From Azolla caroliniana (taxonomy: Eukaryota; Plantae; Polypodiophyta): a stretch of DNA of 64,000 nt. Shown here piece after piece: positions 60,601 to 64,000 of this stretch; within the stretch, counting starts at the first letter, position 1; every line of letters starts with the position of its first letter. The position numbers and the translations under genes were made by a program. The stretch covers positions 992,001 to 1,056,000 of the forward strand of contig JBHGNT010000008.1 of NCBI GenBank assembly GCA_043228905.1. Reading direction: 5' to 3'. The notes under the pieces are model-generated. The model was not told where the DNA came from and did no database searches. It saw only the letters and a list, made by a program, of their open reading frames with translations.

Positions 60601-61590
60601 TAATATCTTCATTGAATTGGCTTTAGAATGTTGAAATCCGACAACTCCCTCTACATAAGAAGTAATTCTGGAAATCCCATTGTAACCAAAGGTCATTAAA
60701 GGTGAAAATCTAGTCGACATGAACAAGGTCAAGTCCCTCCTCTCTGGCAAATTCGAGATGATGGCCATGAAGGAGCTCCATTACTTCCTTGGCATCGAGA
60801 TAATTCGGACTCCAACCGACACTATGATCTCTCAATGATACTACATCCTTAACTTGTTATACAAGTTCGGGATGATTGAGTGTAAGTTTGTGGCAACCCC
60901 TCTCAATTAGAACCTAAAGCTAGCTTCCGACTCCGGCATAGAAGAGTGCAAGCCGACGTAGTATCGACAACTACCGACGTAGTATCGACAACTGATCGGG
61001 AGCCTCATCTATCTCATAATCACTTGTCCCGACCTGAGCTACCCGGTGAGTCTCCTTAGCCAATTCATGCAAAAACCACGTGACATCCACTTGGATTGCG
61101 CTAAGCGAGTATTACGATATTTGAGCGGCAGAATGGATTGTGGCATTCTCTACAAGACAACAATGCCAATTCAACTCAGCTGGCTACAGAGGCGACCGAC
61201 GATCCATCTCCATATTTGTTTCCTCCCTCGGTAGCGGAGCAATATCCTGGAGTAGCAAGAAGCAGCAGACTATTGCGCTTTCGATCATAGAGGCTGATTA
61301 CAGGGGCGCGGTTGTGGCTGCATATGAAGTCGTATGGCTTAAGAGGATTTTGAAGAATCTGAGCGTTCCCATCAAGGATTCGACTCCCCTTTACTATGAC
61401 AACATGAGTAGTATTTATCTGCCTCCGAACTTAGTGTTTCACCCGTGCATGAAGCATATCGAGCTGCACTATCACTTCATCTAAGAGCGCGTTCAGGCTA
61501 GAGATGTCAAAGTTCATCACATCAACACGAATCTTCAAACAACCGACATCTTCACCAAAGCCCTAGGAGCGGACAAGCTTTGGCAATAGG

Positions 61591-64000
61591 AATATGTCCC
61601 TGCAATAAATAGCCCATAACGTGTATAAGCATAAATACACTTAAGGCAAAGCTTTAGAGGTAGCAGTGTGTGTAGAACAGAAAACTTGTGAGTGAGCCTC
61701 TGTTGTATAGCATGATAGAGAAGTTAGAGTGTGTGAGTGAGAGGGAACAACGTCATAGCTGAGTGAGCTTAGACATCAAGAGCCATTTGTGGTTGTTACA
61801 CTCTACAGTGAGAGAGTGTTGTAATATCATCGTCTTGTATATCCACTGTATAGTGAAGATCTGTTCTCCCATGGTTTTTTCCCGTTTAGGGTTTCCACGT
61901 AAAACTGCGTACCTCGTTCATTTTTTTGTTTTCTGTTCCAAGTTATGTATTTTGTGCATATCTTTATCACGAATATTCGATTCGAACTCATCAATCTTCC
62001 ATCAAACCTAAGGAGATGTGAGTGGCTTCCCAGGTATGATAGTTCTAACGTCTTAGAACTATGCAGATTGGAAGATAAAGATGGAAGACCTTCTCATAGT
62101 CAAAGACCCGCAGAAGCCAATCGATAGAGCAGAAATACCCACTAGGGTATTAGAGTCTGAATGGAAATTTCTTTGCAGAAAGACAGTGGACACCATCAGA
62201 CAGTGCGTCGATGTTAGTGTCCTTCAGCATGTGGCGAATGTCACAAATGCCTACAAGATGTGGCAGAAGCTGTGAGGTTTAGACGAGAGGAAGAACACCA
62301 TCAACAAAACCTCTTTGACGAGAAAGATCATGAGGTTGAATTACAACAACGGGGAAAGCATGGTGGAGCATGTAAGCACATTCATGGGGTATGTGAACGA
62401 ACTTGCTGCAACCAAGTTTCCTCTTGAAGATGCAATGCAGGCCATCCTGTTACTGTGTACCCTGCCAGACTGTTGAGAGAATCTAGTGGTGACTCCTAGC
62501 ACCTCGCATCAACAAGAGAACTTGTCTTTGAGGAGACAAAGAGGAAGGACAAGAGTGTCCTATGTCAGTCTGAGTCAAACCTGACTCAACTTACCAGCAA
62601 AGGAAGGAACATGCAAAGGAATCCACAAAGGAGGGACAAATCGCAAGCCAGATGCAAGTCCAGAGGAAAGTTGACATGCTTCTATTACGGGAAACCTAGA
62701 CATTTCTAGAAGGATTGTCGAGACCTCAAGAAGGACAAAGATGTTGGTAATGGTGGCGAATCCAAGAAGACTCTTGATGAAAAGGGCACATCAGCCGTAG
62801 CTACGAGTGTAGAGGAGATCATGTTCATTTCTGAGTAGACAAGCACAAATCTTGCAGGTGAAGAGTTCACATGGGTAATTTAATCAGGTGCATCTTTTGA
62901 TATAACTCTATGGAGAGAGTGCTTCTTGACTTACATAGCTGGGGACCATGGCTATGTAAAGATGGGAGATAATGGGGAGTGCAAGATACCCATCATAGGA
63001 GGTGTGTGCATGACGACGTCGATTGGTTGTCGATTGATGCTGAGAGAAGTTTTGCCGAGGAAATCTCATAGTGGCCAGAGCATAGAAGGAGGGCACTTTG
63101 TATATGATGCATGCCTGACTATGCAAGTTAGAAGTAAATGTGATAGCCGACTCGAGTGGAGAGTTATGACACAAGAGACTTGGCCCATGAATGAAAAAGG
63201 AATGCACATACTGGCTGACTAGAAACTTCTCTCACAAGTGAAAGGAGTTCACTTGGAGAAGTGTGTCGACAACTTAGTCGGAAAGTAGAACAAGAAAACA
63301 TTCCAGACAATACCACCAAGAAGAAAAGAAGTTGCACTAGAACTAGTGCACACATATGTGTGCTATGTAGATGCTCTGTCACATCGAGGTGGACAATACT
63401 TTGTAATGTTTATTCACGACTATATTCGGAAGACATGGGCCTTCGTACTGAAGTCGAAGGATCAAGTATTGTCAATGTTTAAGGAGTTCAAGGCTAGAAC
63501 CGAACTGGAGTCAGGTCGGAAGTTGAAGGCTGTCTGAACTGACAATGGTGGCGAATATAAAGGGCAGTTCGAGGAATAGTGCATGGACTAAGGTATTCAA
63601 TTGGAATACACAGTGCCAAAGAGCCCTGAGTTGAATGGGCTTGTAGAGAGGATGAACTGAAGAATCATGGAGAGAGTAAGGAGCATGCTCTCTCATGCTA
63701 AACTGCCGAAATCGTTTTGGGCTGAGGCACTGTACACAACTGTTTATTTGATCCCACAGTGCCACTGAAAGGTGATGTTCCACAGAGGGTGTGAATAGGA
63801 AAGGATGCCTCCTACCGACACCTGAGTGTGTTCGGATGCTTAGTGTATATGCATGTGGCTAGGAAGGTCGAAGCTCGACAGTAAGTTGAAACAATGCATA
63901 TTCATGGGATACTCGGAGGATGAGTTCGGCTACAGGCTGTGGGATTTAGTCAATAAGAAAATAGTGACGAGTCAAGATGTAGAATTCTTGGAAGGCAAGA
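61591..64000 (+). mobile_element. Degenerate Tnt1-like Copia (LTR remnant, gag, protease, integrase), runs off right edge
   Basis: LTR-like 61591-~62000 sharing GTTTTTCCCGTTTAGGGTTTCCACGT with the level-2 LTR family; gag MEDLLIVKD; integrase motifs with many stops. Confidence 0.85.

Larger units (their letters stand above)
39825..61590 (+). mobile_element. Outermost degenerate Copia (integrase-RT 39825-41554; RT-RNase H resumes 60404-61590)
   Basis: Frame ...TVVAF|[14 protein letters not shown] rejoins across the insertion at the CATTT TSD; LWHKRIGH, YKARLV, WSSKKQ motifs. Confidence 0.85.

Overview
Repeat-dense eukaryotic land-plant DNA (probably a non-seed plant such as a fern; host identity is inference). 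It holds one ordinary host gene, a 4-exon secreted pectate lyase (13807-15825), among nested Ty1/Copia, Ty3/Gypsy, LINE and DNA-transposon insertions. The standout is an apparently intact ~9-kb TIR DNA transposon (20462-29430; 35-bp TIRs; probable 4-bp TSD). It encodes a Sola/DUF7869-like DDD transposase (926 aa, - strand). Head-to-head with it is a six-exon, ~974-aa gene whose product fuses a ParB/Srx-like domain to a prokaryote/phage-type beta-class N6A/N4C DNA methyltransferase (DIPY ... FSGIGTT). Intron 1 of that gene carries an array of perfect 25-bp palindromes repeated every 51 bp, a parS-like arrangement. A second, older and broken copy (2484-7060) has the same layout with 14 palindromes, so this is a family design. 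Other notable items: a very young fungal-like Gypsy (identical-looking LTRs, 4-bp TSD, tRNA-Trp PBS, -1 frameshift after the protease), a four-level LTR nest, LINEs abutting (GA)n microsatellites, and tRNA-like A/B boxes inside an LTR-like repeat.
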